Assembly (NCBI GenBank): GCA_965235115.1
Contig: OZ249436.1
Coordinates: 64,418,001-64,482,000, forward strand
DNA: 64,000 bases
Origin: Laetmonice hystrix
Lineage: Eukaryota
Direction: 5' to 3'
Below are positions 62,982-64,000 of the stretch, one piece after another (the stretch's first letter is position 1; every line of letters starts with the position of its first letter). The notes under the pieces were generated by a model that ran no database searches, was not told the origin of the DNA, and saw nothing but the letters and a program-made list of their open reading frames with translations. A program made the translations under genes and the position numbers.

Positions 62982-63405
62982 AACCAGTTCGAATCCCGCG
63001 GCAGATAGGTATATAGCCAGTCAATCCCACGACAGATATATCCAGTCCGAACACCGCGGCAGATAGGCCTATAACAGTCAATCCCGCCGCAGATAACCAT
63101 GCAGTCAATCCCAGGACAGATATCCAGTCCGAAGAAAGCGGCAGATAACCAGTCAATCCCACGACACATAACCAGTCTGAACCCCGCGGCAGATAACCAG
63201 GATGCAGCCGAACGCCGCGGCAGATATAACCAGTCAATCCCGCCGCAGATAACCAGTCCGAACACCGCCGCAGATTACCAGTCAATCCCACGACAGATAA
63301 CCAGTCTGAACCCCGCCGCAGATAACCAATAATCAGACGAACCCCGCGGCAGATTACCAGTCAATCCCGCGGCAGATAACCAATCACCCCGCGCCAGATA
63401 ACCAG
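62982..63405. repeat. ~23-bp minisatellite, about 18 copies
   Basis: Recurrent cccgcggcagataaccagtc(aat/cgaa) and variants cccacgacagat... Confidence 0.9.
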
Positions 63406-64000
63406 ACAGATTGTATATAATTGGATGTTTCAGAAAACAATATTCTTTTTACATTCATCTCAAAAGTCAGATTCATGATCTTATTTACAGGCCAGCAAGT
63501 CGGGAATATTTTGTGCTGGTAAAGTCTTAGACAACAGTTACACAAACGTATCACAAGCAAAAATTTATGCGAAGAATCGGCGACATAGGCTTACCGGCCA
63601 CTAAGTATATTAACAAAAAAAGACGACTGACAAAGGAAATCCATTTTCTTTATATATTTTAATAATCCTGCCAGGACTAATACAAAAGGATGCTTCAACA
63701 TATCGATATGTTGCTCATTCCCAATTACAGTGTATAAACTGAAAGTAGATCATATATAATGTAGATATCTCTCAAATCTATAGAAATATATCGCGCTAAA
63801 AGTAAAAAAAAACTTTTTGCCCCCAATCCCGCTACTATTCTATAAAAAAGGACGACACTTTTTTGCCATGTGTATCGAACTGTAATATAGTTACACTGTC
63901 CGTGTAACACTTTTGACAAACGGTGACAAAAAATGATATAAAACAAATAAATGGTTATTACAATACAGCATATCCTTTCTGTCAGACAATTGTTACGGAC

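Larger units (their letters stand above)
57020..63071. repeat. Domain of dispersed TAGGCCTA palindromes
   Basis: About 24 perfect copies counted by eye, often as TATAGGCCTATA or in tandem; none noticed in 1-57000. Confidence 0.85.

Noticed and set aside
62855-63332. 136-138 aa Cys/Gly/Trp-rich ORFs
   Set aside because: They are translations of the 23-bp minisatellite.
1-64000. tRNA, rRNA, CRISPR arrays, autonomous transposase or reverse-transcriptase ORFs, or a second protein-coding gene
   Set aside because: I saw no supporting structure or homology. The tandem repeats lack unique spacers.

Overview
Eukaryotic (bilaterian invertebrate-type) genomic DNA holding one complete, intron-rich Axin gene on the minus strand. 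I assembled 10 GT-AG coding exons by hand (53614 to 3438; 2847 nt; 948 aa plus stop) with consistent phases. They encode two tankyrase-binding motifs, the RGS domain, the GSK3-binding helix, the beta-catenin-binding segment and the DIX domain. A 5'UTR exon ends at 56553 below a TCF/CRE/CCAAT promoter, and a probable ~3.1 kb 3'UTR carries four Pumilio elements. The main unexplained signal is a set of long in-frame intronic ORFs that end at phase-matched splice donors (36371, 23062, more weakly 14430), plus two symmetric micro-exons. These could produce nested Axin isoforms with new N-termini that progressively lose scaffold modules, or insert new modules. The locus also carries more than 60 hand-counted TCF/LEF sites, many paired with GCCGCC Helper sites. 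Other features are several CTCF-like motifs, a multi-uORF leader, a piggyBac-type MITE, two minisatellites and a sharply bounded TAGGCCTA-rich domain upstream of the promoter. All counts are by eye, no database search was possible, and the species is unknown.
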